The notes under the pieces: model-generated
Told to the model about the DNA's origin: nothing
Databases searched by the model: none
Seen by the model: the letters and a program-made list of their open reading frames with translations, nothing else
Part shown: positions 1 through 11,720 of the stretch, in pieces
Layout of the letters: each line of letters starts with the position of its first letter
How positions within the stretch are numbered: position 1 is the first letter of the stretch
Source: Felis catus
Taxonomy: Eukaryota
DNA length: 64,000 nucleotides
Direction: 5' to 3'
Assembly: GCF_018350175.1 (NCBI RefSeq)
Contig: NC_058368.1
Coordinates: 175,276,001 to 175,340,000 of the forward strand
Translations under genes and position numbers: made by a program

Positions 1-900
1 TCCATCCATCCACCCAACCACTTGTCAGCAGAAGGCACCTGCTCTGGGCCAGCCAATACCTGTCCCTTGACTTCCACCAGCCGGAGACTGAGGACGGTGC
101 TACACTGCCTCTAGCACTAGCCTCATCGAGGCCACCCTGAGAACAAATGAAGCCACTCAGCCTGTGACACAACCCCGAAGTTATCACCTTCCCTCCCCCC
201 GTCCCCAACCTGCTCCATTCATAGCCTGCGTAGTGGTCTCGCCACCTAGAGTGATTAGTTCTGGTGTGGACACAAGCAAACATCCTGAGAAGTTCGCCAC
301 ACGCTGCATCTCAGCCGATGCGGCGAAGGTCCTCTTTCTATCCTGGTGAAGAAGGAAGGTGTAATTGGACGGGCGCCATTTTGCAGCCCCCGATGAAAGA
401 ATGGATTTTGTCGTTAATGATGGGAGGACGTGAACCTCAGGAAAAGAGTACGGTCGGATCTGAGCTGCGTCCTGCCCACAGTTCAGCATACACGGTCGGG
501 CTACCTAAGCAGCAAATCTAGACCTGTGAAGCATCTAGGGCCAGCCACCAAATTACAGGAAATACAGAGGACAAAGGAACTTGTTAAATGCTACCAAGGG
601 AATGCAGCTAGCAAAGTCGAGCTTGTGGGAAACTCAAGAGGGCAAATGACTCAGTTCCTTCGGCGACAATAAATTGCAGGATGATGGAGACGGAATCTAC
701 AGTTTAAAAAGAGTCTTAGGGCGCAACTAACCGATCAGAGTGGGTTTTACTTGGACCCCAATTCAAACAAATAAGCTATAAGACAACTGGGAGGTATAAA
801 CACTGACTAGGTGATCAATGATGTGAAGAAATCACTGTTGACTGTTTGGGGCTATGATGATGGTATTGTGATTTTATCTCAGACGGGGAGCTTTTGTCCT

Positions 901-1242
901 AGAAACAGAGAGGAGGATGGCGGTTGCCAGGGGCTGGGGAAGGGGGAAACGGGAAGATATTGGCCAAGGGTGCAAATTTTCATTTACGCCCAGTGAATAG
1001 TTAACAAGACCGTCCTGTGTACTTGGAATTGCCAAGAGGGTAGATTTTAAATCTTCTCACTACACACACACACACACACACACACCACACACAAATGGTG
1101 AACATGGAGAGGTGGTCGATGTGTTAATTAGCTGGATCGTGGTGATCGTTCACAATGTATATGTATCTCAAAACATCAAGGTGGATGGCTTACCCATCTA
1201 CAAGTTTTACATGTCAGTGACATCTCAATAAAGCTGTTAAAA
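901..1242 (+). mobile_element. LINE-1 3' end (L1MA8/9/10-like) nested in an older L1
   Basis: agaaacagagaggaggatggcggttgccagggg...gagggtagattttaaatcttctcac(CA)n...tctcaataaagctg; AATAAA at 1227. Confidence 0.75.
1063..1092. repeat. (CA)n microsatellite within the L1 3' end
   Basis: direct reading. Confidence 0.9.
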
Positions 1243-1491
1243 TACAACAGGAGTTTTTGCTTTTCAAGATGCACACTGAAATATTTGCAGATGAAATGAT
1301 AGGATGTTTGGGATTCACTTCAAAATCATCCAAGGTACAGATGGGAGGGGGGTGTGGATGACAAAAGGTTATTCACGGATGACAATTGTCAGAGTTGGAT
1401 GATGGCTGTATTGGGGTGTGATATCCTATTCTCTCTAGTTCTTTATGTGTCTTTTAAATACACTGTAATTTTTTAAAGCTTTGAAAAATAA

Positions 1492-1704
1492 GGGGCACCC
1501 GGGTGGCTCAGTCAGTGAAGCGTCTGACTCTTGCTTTGGGCTCAGGTCATGATCTCACGGTTCATGAGTTCGAGCCCTGCATTGGGCTCTGCGTTGACAT
1601 CACGGGGCCTGCTGGGATTCTCTCGCTCCCTCTCTCTGCCCCTCCCCTGCTCATGCTCACGCTCTCTCTCAAAATAAGTAAATAAACTTAAAAAAAAAAA
1701 AAAA
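1492..1704 (+). mobile_element. Can-SINE (older SINEC_Fc-type)
   Basis: ggggcacccgggtggctcagtc head, gagttcgagccc B box, CT-rich region, poly(A) tail. Confidence 0.95.
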
Positions 1705-1928
1705 CACCAACTTTGAATACTAATGTCTTCATCAAGAATCACTAACAAATACTTTGTCAGCACCTACTCTGTGTTGTGCACTAGTCTAGGTACTTGAAAC
1801 ACATCAGCAACAAAACAAAGATTCCTGCTCATCAGCCCAGGCTTTGGAGTCCAAGAGGCCTGAATCCAAATCCCTGCTCTGTCCCTTAATAGATGTGTGA
1901 CTTTTACACTTCCACTCTGTCATCTTTT

Positions 1929-2141
1929 TTTTTTTTTTTTAACATTTATTTATTTTTGAGACAGAGAGAGACAGAGCATGAACAGGGGAGGGTCAGAGAG
2001 AGGGAGACACAGAATCTGAAACAGGCTCCAGGCTCCGAGCTGTCAGCACAGAGCCCGACGCGGGGCTCGAACTCACGGACCGCGAGATCATGACCTGAGC
2101 CGAAGTCGGACGCTTCACCGACCAAGCCACCCAGGCGCCCC
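1929..2141 (-). mobile_element. Can-SINE (SINEC_Fc)
   Basis: Full-length; TSD cactctgtcatctttt at 1913 and 2142. Confidence 0.97.
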
Positions 2142-2329
2142 CACTCTGTCATCTTTTCCATAAGCTTCTCCCAGGCTTGGAATGTCCTCATCCTTACTCC
2201 TCATATGGCACACTCGTATTTATGACTCAATCCCCAGTCCAAAAGGCCCCATTTTAGGAATGCCGTCCTTGACTTTGTCGGAGTGCTACTAGGAATCCAC
2301 TTTCCTCACTTCCTGGGATAGTTATGTGC

Positions 2330-2790
2330 CAATGACTAAAGTCTGGGCAAACCGCATCATCTCATTGAAACTTTGTGGCCACGTGGCTCTTCTGCGGAGG
2401 AGATCACACCCATTTTACAGAGCAGGACAATGAAGCCCAGAGAGGTGAATGGCAGAGCTTATACTGGACTTCAAAGCCCTTGATCTTTCCGTTAGTCCCC
2501 AGTCCCAGGACACAAGACCTCCGTGGGCCGCTGCAGTGAGAAAGCCTGGCCACACAGACCCCACCCCTGGGGACCAGTGATCGGATTGGCACAGACCTCA
2601 GAGCAGTGGGCTCAAGATCCCCTGCCTGCTGCAGAATGAGTCTGTACCTCACTCTTCCCTGAGTACTAGGTCTAATAATTCCCTTCCGTCTGCCCAGCAC
2701 ACAATTAGCATTCAGAAAGTGTTTCTTATATTTCAACGGTTTCCAAATATTTAAATGTCCGCATGTGTAAGAATTAAATAAATGGTAGCT
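2330..2790. mobile_element. Two MIR remnants in opposite orientations
   Basis: cccattttacagagcaggacaatgaagcccagagagg (minus core), then gggctcaagatcccctgcc...ctcacttccctgagtactaggtctaataat (plus); approximate. Confidence 0.5.
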
Positions 2791-3678
2791 ATTGTTATCA
2801 TGGTAATGACTATTATTATTACAATTATTTTGCTGTCATGGGTACAAAATTTATGTGGTTGCCCGGCTCTTAATCCATATGTTTGTGAAACAAGTCAACA
2901 GAGTGAAAACCCACCAAAGACAACCCAAACAGAGAAAGGTCTTTGGAAAGTGGCCACCATAAGACGCAGTGTTTTCCTGGGGGCTGGCCACCCCGTCACA
3001 GCTAAATGGGCTTTCATTTCTCAGCGCGCGGAGCCCACAGCGTAATCCAGGCACGTTTGATAAAACTTCTGTCTTCTTTCCAAAGCCTTAAATCAAAGAG
3101 AAATTTGCTTGCAGCATCGACTCTGAGTCTTAAAAAAGCAGCCCATTAGCATCAACAATGGGATTAATTAGGCTTCCCTGGAAACTATTCAAACAAAGGA
3201 TTGCACAGGAATCCAGGAAGGTCAGGTTTTTCCTTCTTTTCTGTGGCAGTTATCACCCGCGTGCAGGCCCGCTCTGTGACAGCCCGCTGCTCTGAGATCT
3301 GCGTCATCCCGGATCACTGGTTTCCAGGGGTGGGGTCTATGTGGCCAGGCTTTCTCACTGGAGTAGCAGACAGAGGTCCTGTGCCCTAGGACGGGGAGGG
3401 GCGTGGGCAATGGCTTTGAGGCCCACTGTAAGCTCTGCCTTTCTCCTCGCAGGGCTTCATTGTCCTGCTCTGTAAAATGGGTGTGATATTCCCCACAGAA
3501 GAAAGAGGAGGGTTGCCCTAAAAGCTGAAAGAAGTAACGTGATTTTCTCAAACTTCAGTCATGGGCACCTAGCTGTCCCAGTCTCCCCAAAATGCTGTAC
3601 CTCTTTCGACGTTACTTGCTTCCTGTTTCTTTTCTTTCAATCGATATATTTTAGAAGAAGAGTCTCTAGCCTTATTTT

Positions 3679-3776
3679 TTTTTTCATTTTTTAGTTTCAT
3701 GGTTTTTATTTATTTTTTTATTTTATTTATTTATTTATTTTTAAGATGAAATTGATTGTCAGACTGTTTCCATACA
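3679..3776 (-). mobile_element. Extremely 5'-truncated carnivore/feline L1 3' end with A-rich tail
   Basis: Minus strand tgtatggaaacagtctgacaatcaatttcatc resembles the feline L1 terminus; degenerate TSD tagccttatttt (3667) / tggccttgtttt (3780). Confidence 0.65.
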
Positions 3777-3872
3777 CGATGGCCTTGTTTTAAGAAGACA
3801 ACAGAGGATTTTGAACTGACACAACCAAAAACTGTTAAAGGGAAAAATGTTTCATTTTGAGCTAAGCTTTGC

Positions 3873-3893
3873 GGGGGGGGGGGGGGGGGGGGG
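3873..3893. repeat. Poly-G run (21 G)
   Basis: direct count. Confidence 0.9.
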
Positions 3894-4335
3894 ATCGTAA
3901 TGTTCGCTGCACAAGAGGAAAATCCCCCTTAGGCACAGCTGGGTGGGTCTTTGTATACTTTGGCAATTCTCCCTCCGATCTCTCCCTCCTCAGCCCATTT
4001 CCTCCCACCCCAGTCTCCCCACTGGCTCCAGGCAGATCAGTTTCCTTTCCTCACTGGGGTAAAAGTTCCTTACTGCCTGGTAAGCCGATGTTCGTATACA
4101 CTGAAAGGGTGAAGTGGAGAGAGACCCATCGTCCCCTGCCTGGATCCCAACACATCATGGAAGACCCTGGAACTTACACCACGGCTATGGGTTGGACACG
4201 TGTGCTCTGTCCCATGACTCCAAGTGTCCTGAGGGAAACCTACTGATCTCTTTTCCCCAGTGTTGTGCCAGGTGGACAGGTATTCCTATATGTAGCCTAC
4301 TGGAACCCTTACTTTCTTTTTCAAACTAACGTATC

Positions 4336-4885
4336 ATCAGTTTTAGCTTTTTTTTTTTTTCGATGCACATGACAGAAAAATCCTTCCTGGATGCATTAAA
4401 GTAAACAAGAGGAATTTACCGGCTCATATAACTAAATAGCCCGGAAGGCTTCAGGCAAGGCTTAATCCAGAGCCAAAATTATGTGACTAGAACGAGCTTC
4501 TCTGCCTGCTTATTAGCTTTGTTTTCTTCACCGTGGCTTCCTTCTCTGCAAGCTGTCCTCCCGTTGTCATGAATAACTAATGTGAGCTCACGGGGCTCAG
4601 GTATCTAAATACAAGCCCACAGAAAGATGTAAACCTCGCTGAGGTAGCCTTCTTGGCAAATCATGGAATCTGTTCTGATTGGAAATTTAAGGGCACACGC
4701 TGACGCCCGAATCAATCAACTGCTGTCACCAGGGGTTATAGCTCTTTGATTACTCAGCCCTGGGTCAGTCAGCTCCTCCAGAAAGACCCAGGGGGAAGGC
4801 AGTGTGCAGGAGGTGGCCCGACAGAGGGAAACTAAGGAGCGGTTTACAAGAAGAATGAATGGATGTTGGGCAGAAAACACACATG
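4336..4885 (-). mobile_element. MaLR LTR remnant (MLT1J/K/L-like)
   Basis: tgacagaaaaatcc...ggaatttaccggctcatataactaaa...ggcttcaggcaaggcttaatccag...tctgattgg...gaatggatgttgggcag. Confidence 0.6.
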
Positions 4886-5867
4886 TGCGGGCTTGTCAGT
4901 ATTATGTTCCACTGCTTCAAATAGAAAAGCGAAAGATAAAAAAGCCTTTGACAAGATAGGAATACAGTTGTCTCTCGCATGAAAGAGAGATATGGGTTGG
5001 GTTTTGCACCACTGATGTCATCAAGAACTTGCACGTAGCTTCTATTCTGCAAGTTGTATCCCGGTCCTAGCCGGATGCTGTAGGTATAACCTGTCATCCC
5101 CAGTTGGCAGTCAGAGGAAGCAGACAGAGTGTATTTGGGGGGTGGGGGACAGGAGGCAGACGGGCGCCCTCCCAGCCGAGTTAACCACCCCTCACATCTC
5201 ATGACCGGACCTAGTGCCACGGTACGGAAGGAAGGCTGGATGAGGAAACCCTCACTTCCTCTGAGACGTGGGATGAATCAGAACCACTCACGTCTGGTGT
5301 CCAACCTTGAGTGGGGGCTCCATAAATGTCTGTTGATGACTGCCGCGGCGATGGCACTTTTGAGGTGGAGGGCATAAGAGAGTAGGTGGCGGTGGCTGTC
5401 ACCTGAATGCGAATGGATGCCTACATTATAGATGCTCCTGAGTAATTAATTCGGAAATCAGAAATCGTGTCTCGGGATGGATCCAGCTGCTTAATACTGA
5501 GCTCAGCGCTCTCCTGCCACAAAATCACATCACAAGCCGGCAGGCATCTCTGACGCTCCGGACCTTCAGACGTGATGATTTCCCATCAAACCCGCCAGTG
5601 GTTCCCCAGCTTCCCTTCTTGGCTTCCGCTAAATGGACCTTTAAGCTGAGACCCTACTGGTGGCCACTCGAATTTGCCCTCTATGTGTTTATTTGCATGG
5701 CTCAGTGTTTTTAAGTATTTTTACCTTGCATGTCTTTGGATGGTGCCTGCCCCCATGAGCTGTTGGTCCTCGTGGTCTTCCCAGGGGCTGGCCGGTCCCG
5801 CACAGACTACCGGCCTGCCGTCTGCAGGTCCTTGCTTTCCGTGGATTTTAATTCTGATACGACTTTT

Positions 5868-6081
5868 AATTTTTTTTTAACGTTTATTTATTTTTGAGAC
5901 AGAGAGACAGAACATGAACGGGGGAGGGGCAGAGAAAGAGGGAGACACAGAATCGGAAGCAGGCTCCAGGCTCTGAGCCATCAGCCCCAGAGCCCGACGC
6001 GGGGCTCGAACTCGCGGACCGCGACAATCGTGACCTGAGCTGAAGTCGGACGCTTAACCGACTGAGCCACCCAGGCGCCCC
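5868..6081 (-). mobile_element. Can-SINE (SINEC_Fc), 3' member of the composite
   Basis: Full-length; its tail-side flank matches the head-side flank of the next SINE, not its own. Confidence 0.97.
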
Positions 6082-6247
6082 TGAAAACTCATGATTTTCA
6101 CATTCCTCTTGCCAATATCCTCAACTCACTGTACTTCGGTCACACCGGCCAGCCAAGTTCCAGCCTTCCTTCAACTTGCCATCTGATTTATCCCAGCTCT
6201 AGGGCCCCAGAGCCTCAATTTTCCCTCTCTGTAAAATGAAGCTACTC

Positions 6248-6469
6248 TTTTTTTTAAAATTTTTTTTTTTAACGTTTATTTATTTTTGAGACAGAGACAG
6301 AGCATGAATGGGGGAGGGTCAGAGAGAGGGGGAGACACAGAATCTGAAGCAGGCTCCAGGTTCTGAGCTGTCAGCACGGAGCCCGACGCGGGGCTCGAAC
6401 TCATGGACCACGAGATCGTGACCTGAGCCGAAGTCGGACGCTTAACCGACTGAGCCACCCGGGCGCCCC
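6248..6469 (-). mobile_element. Can-SINE (SINEC_Fc), 5' member of the composite
   Basis: Full-length; followed by aattctgttacgactttt (6470-6487). Confidence 0.97.
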
Positions 6470-7071
6470 AATTCTGTTACGACTTTTAAAGCTAAGCTGT
6501 GGATTTTCTTTTTTATTTTTCCAGGACAGCAAAACAGCTGAGTCAGTGTGGAGCTGTCTAAAATCCATCCTCTAACCCGTATTTCTCCAGACCCTATACC
6601 TTCAACATTTCCTGTCTTTTTTTTCTTTGTTCCCCATCCCACCTTGTCCACAGAGTTCAAGAGGCATCTCTTTCCATTTAGCACCCTCACCTCCATCTAA
6701 CCCTGCGCTCTGATCTAGGAGATTCTTCTCTGCAGCCGAGGCCAGCTGGCTACCTGCTCCAGTTCTGGGGCTTTCTGCAAGCTCTGGCATCTTTGACTTT
6801 GAATCTTCCTTCTCTCCTCCAGTTCCTGCCCTGTGGCCTTTACTCAAACCCCCATCTCCGCCAGGTACCCTGGGGTGGACGGGGTGGGAGATCAGCTTCC
6901 CTTGGGGGATTTTGTCTAGTTGGTGAAGAAAGAAGACCTAAGAATTTGGCCTCGTACAAATAAAAGACAGTGGTCCTTTCAAACTGACTTGCAGGTCCCA
7001 CATTTCACAGGGCAAAGGCCCAGGGCGGATGACTGTTTCATTTAGAAAAATTCATTCTAGGCTCTTTGGGG

Positions 7072-7075
7072 TTTT

Positions 7076-7106
<31 letters not shown>

Positions 7107-7319
7107 ATTTTTTTAACGTTTATTTATTTTTGAGACAGAGAGAGACAGAGCATGAACAAGGGAGGGGCAGAGAGAGAGAGGGAGACACGGAATCTCAAGC
7201 AGGCTCCAGGCTCTGAGCGGTCAGCACAGAGCCCGAAGCGGGGCTTGAACTCACGGACCACGAGATCATGACCTGAGCCGAAGTCGGACGCTTAACCGAC
7301 CAAGCCACCCAGGCGCCCC
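7072..7319 (-). mobile_element. Can-SINE (SINEC_Fc) with (TTTA)n tail
   Basis: Full-length; TSD tggggtttta at 7067 and 7320. Confidence 0.97.
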
Positions 7320-8761
7320 TGGGGTTTTAAAGCAAAGGAAGCTTAGAGCTTTGTCTGAGGCCCAGAAGGACACTACGTTTCTCTGCATAATCAAGCCAGA
7401 GGAATGAGGAGGTTTCCCTGGGCAGCCGGGAGGCAGGGAAGAGGGGTCTGGGGAGCCAGAAATGCAGGGAAAAGGGTCCAGGGAGAAGGAAAGCCCCAAC
7501 CACATGGGAGCAGGCTGGGCCGTGGGGAGAACATGGCCCCAGGAGAACCTCGGTGGAATACAGCTGGAAGGTTTAAGAACAGTGATTGGAGTAACTTGTT
7601 TTCCTGCTCTGAGCCCTAAGGCCTTTGTGACAACTCCCCCGGCCCCAGACAAACAGGTTCAAGACAAATCTGTTAACACCCCGCAGTCAGTATTACAGGG
7701 GCTGGAGGTGGGAAGGAAGGGGCAGAGAGGGCGGCAGGCTCGGGCAGAGAAGCTAATGGGGGTCACTAATCGTGTTGGGGGCAGGACAGGCGCAAGGGAC
7801 ATCAAGAAGATGGAAGACGGCCACCGGGAATTCTCAAGGGGAGGACTCACAGCGTGTGATGGGGACTCAGGCCAATTTCTGGGCCATTAAGTGTGGCCCC
7901 AGAAGACCGGGGCCAGCTGGGTTCCTGGTTCTTGGGTGGAAACCTGGGAAGGGGGGCGGCACTCTGCTGAGCCCTCCAGCCCTGCTCAGCCTGGGAGGCT
8001 CAGAAGCTGTGCACACACTGCCCGGCGCTCAGGGTCCCGGCTGCTGGCTTCTTCCTCCATGAGCCGGAGATAACCAGATGTCGCTGCCAGGGCATCCCCA
8101 GAATCCAGGGGCTGCTTTCTGTCCTGGTCTCTGGCACTGCCCTGTCATGTAGCTCTTCCCAGCGGCTCAGCCTGACCTAACAGGCACGGCCTGCCGCTGC
8201 CTCCTGGAGAGAGTCTTCAAGGGACCACAGAAGGGGGGCTAGCCGTGGGGTCCGGTCCAGTGTGGATGCTGCCCTCCCTCCCTCCCCCATCTTGGGCCTG
8301 ACCTGGGCACTCGCATCACCTGTCACAGCCCCGGATGGGGTTCCGTGATGCCCGGGGATCTTCATCTGGAAGGGGTGGGTGGGGATGCCCGCTCAGAGGG
8401 ATGAGGCCGTGCAGGTGAAGTGCTGATTCAGGGGCGGGCGCCTTAGGTGCTGCTGTGGGGCGCCAGGTGGGCTTTCTGCCATCGGCAGGACCCCAGCCTG
8501 TGACCGGCACGCAGCCCTGTGCCCAGCCCTGACTAGCCGCAGCTGCCTGGAGTCGGGAATGATGTCAGAGCCCGGCCAGCCGACCCTGCTCGAGGACAGG
8601 GCCCGGTGTGGGATACCCAGCACCATCAGCAAAGCAGCCCCCCCCCTCCCACCGCCCAGGGGTGGGCGAGGCTGGGACATAAAGGTTCTGAGAACACCGA
8701 GCCCCACCCCCAGCCCAGTCCTGGGCCTCCAGCTGTCCCTCCTGGCTCAGTGAGTGAGGCC

Positions 8762-8839
8762 CCCATACCTGTCATACTGGGGACAAGCCCATACCTGTCA
8801 TACTGGGGACAAGCCCATACCTGCCATACTGGGGACAAG
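8762..8839. repeat. 26-bp tandem repeat x3 (cccatacctgtcatactggggacaag)
   Basis: Copies at 8762, 8788, 8814; one substitution in copy 3. Confidence 0.95.
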
Positions 8840-8851
8840 CCTGACCCCGTT

Positions 8852-8897
8852 GCATGGCCTCAGTTTTCCAGACTGGCATGGCCTCAGTTTTCCAGAC
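8852..8897. repeat. 24-bp-period tandem duplication (gcatggcctcagttttccagac)
   Basis: Copies at 8852 and 8876. Confidence 0.95.
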
Positions 8898-9664
8898 AGG
8901 AGGCCCCAGCCCACCCCATCAGCGAGGCCCCAGGCCGGTGCCCCCAAGCAGGAGCTTGGGAACAAAAGAGAGGGGTCTGGGGCAATCTCTGACTCGGCCC
9001 CACCCCACCCAGCTAGGGGAACTCAAGCAGTCCCCTCCCCTTTCTGAGGCTCCCTTTGCTCATCAGAAAAATAGACATGCTATCTAACAAGGCAGGAGAA
9101 TTCTGTGAACTCCCCTTCTTCCCCAGGCATCGCGAAACCCCTCCAGGGCTGCGAGATGATCCAGTCCCTGTCAGCTGCATACGCCCTAACAAATAATGTA
9201 ACGATCTCAGTTACTCCCCGGAGAAGGCTAGGCCCCCTCGCCAATCCTTGCGAGTCGGGCCTGGGGAGAAGAGTGGGTCCCCCCCCACCCCTGAGAACCC
9301 CAGAGTGGACTGTGGGTCCCAAGGTGAGAGAGGTTTGGTACCCAATTAATGGCTACAGGGGCTCTGCTCTCTCAGCTAAGTTTGGAAGGACATCGGCATC
9401 CTAGCTGGGCTGACAGTCCAGGGGACGAGGCGGTAGGAGCTGAGGTTAGGGTTTAGGGCAGGTTGTGTCTACCTCGCAGAGTGGTTAAGAGGACGATGGC
9501 GTTAGAGCGGGACCAACGTGGCTCAGCTCTGTTCCTGATTGGCTGCGTGCCCCTATGCCTCCCCCACATTGACAGGCTTGTGATGGGCAAAGAAAGTCTG
9601 CAATGCACCCCAGACTCACACAGGGACTGGCTCCTGGTAAGTCCTCAGAAAGCCACAGTTTCTT

Positions 9665-10455
9665 TCATCAGATGAACTTTGTAAAGAAGGACAGAAAACC
9701 CCACCCCAAACTGACTTGAAAACTACCAGATGAGGGGCCCCTGGGGGGTGCAGTCGGTTAAGCGTCCCACTCTTGATCTCCGCTCAGGTCATGATCTCAC
9801 AGTTCGTGAATTCGAGCCGCCTGCCGGGCTCCGCCCTGAGGGTGCTGAGCCTGCTTAGAATTCTGTCTCTCCTCTCTGCCCCTCCCCGGCCTGTGCTCAT
9901 TTGCTCTCTCTCTAAATAAATAAATAAATCAGACTTAAAAGAAGAAAACTACCAAAATGAAAAAAAAAAGGGGGGGGGAATTTATTGGCTTTATAATTAA
10001 AAAGTCAGGGGTTAACAGCTTCAGGGACTACTTGATCCAGGGGCTCAGATACCCACAGGTTATGCTCCAGCGGGTCCCTCCTTTGCCTCCATATCTCAAA
10101 GTCTCTCCACCTCAGCAGCAAGTTGTGTAAGGCAGCTTCTGGGCTAGTTGCTCACACCCTCCCATTTCTAGGACCAGCAGGAAAGGCGGAAATGCTTCTC
10201 TGGAGGCCACCAGCATAGCCCCCGGGTTTGCTCTGACCTTATTTGATTATCTTGCCCCAAGGCCCGTGCCCCATCCTTGAGCGGGTCACCGTGCCTGGGA
10301 GGGCCTGGGGGATGGATTTTGCTGACTGGCCCTGAAGAGCTCCACTTCTGAGACTGAAAACGAGCCTCCGCACTCCTCGTGGGGTCGGGACCGGTCCCCA
10401 AATTAGAATCAGGAACTGATACCGTAAGTAAGGAACATGGATATCAAGCAGGCAC
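9665..10455 (-). mobile_element. MaLR LTR remnant (MLT1J/K-like) interrupted by a SINE
   Basis: ggacagaaaaccccaccccaaactgactt...ggaatttattggctttataattaaaaagtcagg...cttcagggactacttgatccaggggctcaga. Confidence 0.6.
9734..9943 (+). mobile_element. Can-SINE (older, diverged)
   Basis: SINE head/body/tail; TSD gaaaactaccagatga / gaaaactaccaaaatga. Confidence 0.93.
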
Positions 10456-11295
10456 GTAATGACTCGTTACTCCACAACTGAATCACCTAAGTATATCTGT
10501 CTTCCAGAGCCAGATCCCTACGTGGCCTTGACATCAGGAAGGTTCTTCTGTCCCCCTAGAGACTTGGCCTCACTCTGGAGGGGCAGGAGGGCTTTGTCCC
10601 TGTACCTCAGGCCCCTGGCAAGTCTTCACCCCCATTATAAACCAAGCACCCCATCAAGGGGTGGAATCATACCTAATGAAACAGGAGGAAGTCGGCTGTG
10701 TTCATCACGAAAATGGCCCCATTCTTGGGGGAGCCCGAACCGAGTTTGTCTTCGTAACCACAGAAATCCAATTATCTTCTCTCCAGAAAGTGCGCATGTG
10801 GAGACCACTTTCTCTAATTAATTGGTTCTATTGCCTATGATGGGCCTTTCGGGGGGCCTGAGATGAGAGTTCTGTCTGGGAGGCTGCTCAGGGATGCGAG
10901 GCCAAGGAGGCCCAAGGCCTCGCATTAGCTGAGCTCAGCGAAGCAGCAATCCCAGGTCAGCGTTGCCGGAGACGCCCTCCTGCTCTCCGCCCTAAGACGT
11001 GTGTCGCCGGCACTCAGGGGAGGGGACCCCGTCTTCCCTTTTTTCCTCGCTTCGTCCTAAGACCCAGAAAAATGTCTCCCGTCTGGAGTTGACAGGCTGG
11101 TTATAAAGGCTACGTCACTTGCCTGTCGCCATTGCCCGGCTCACCCGTACGCTTCCTCATTTGTCCCTTCTGCCCCTCCCTAACCCCAGCTAAGTCTCTT
11201 TCGGGGACGACTTCACAAGGGCTCGCTGAGTAGCCCAGACTGGCTGTGGCAGCTGCCCGGATCCTGCCGACCAGGTGGGCGCGGCCATGGCCGTT

Positions 11296-11362
11296 GAAAT
11301 ATGAATAATGGCCCCCAAAGAAATCCACATCCTTATCCCCAGAACCCGTGGATGTTACCCTA
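11296..11362 (+). mobile_element. MLT1D-like LTR 5' fragment
   Basis: gaataatggcccccaaagaaatccacatccttatccccagaacccgtggatgttacc. Confidence 0.6.
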
Positions 11363-11519
11363 TACGGACATCAGGGAGACTGGGTTCAGCTCCCGACACT
11401 CGGCAAAGAGGGACACACGCAGCGGAAGATAAAGCAGGAGGCCCGTTATACGTAGTCGTGACTTCCAGAATCTCCTCCGCTCAGCCAAACGCCCTGGATC
11501 AAAAGTGAATAAGGATACT

Positions 11520-11720
11520 GACGCTCGCTCACTGACCACCTGGTAAACGGCAGGTGCCACGTGCTTTATGTGCCAGACCTCACTGAATCGTCACAATAAA
11601 CCTAAAAAGGAAGGACTACTATTTCCCCCATTTTAGAAATGAGGAAATAATAGACTGAGATCACCTAGCTGGTCAGGGGCAGGACCATGTAGTTCTTTCT
11701 CATTCCAAAGCTTCCCCACG
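11520..11720 (-). mobile_element. MIR remnant
   Basis: ctcactgaatcgtcacaataaacct...ccccattttagaaatgaggaaa. Confidence 0.65.

Larger units (their letters stand above)
560..1490 (+). mobile_element. Old LINE-1 3' region remnant (L1ME/L1MC-like), interrupted by a younger L1 3' end
   Basis: Motifs resembling old L1M 3' UTR: tgatgatggtattgtgatt...gagcttttgtc, resuming after 1242 as gagtttttgcttttcaagatgcacactgaaatatttgcagatgaaatgataggatgtttgggattcacttcaaaat; boundaries approximate. Confidence 0.55.

Noticed and set aside
230..500. CpG-containing patch with a YY1-like gcgccatttt motif as a promoter/CpG island
   Set aside because: Short, with CpG density not clearly above the rest of this GC-rich window, and no linked exon.
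8762..8897. Short direct repeats resembling a CRISPR array
   Set aside because: Head-to-tail copies with no unique spacers, no cas genes, mammalian DNA.
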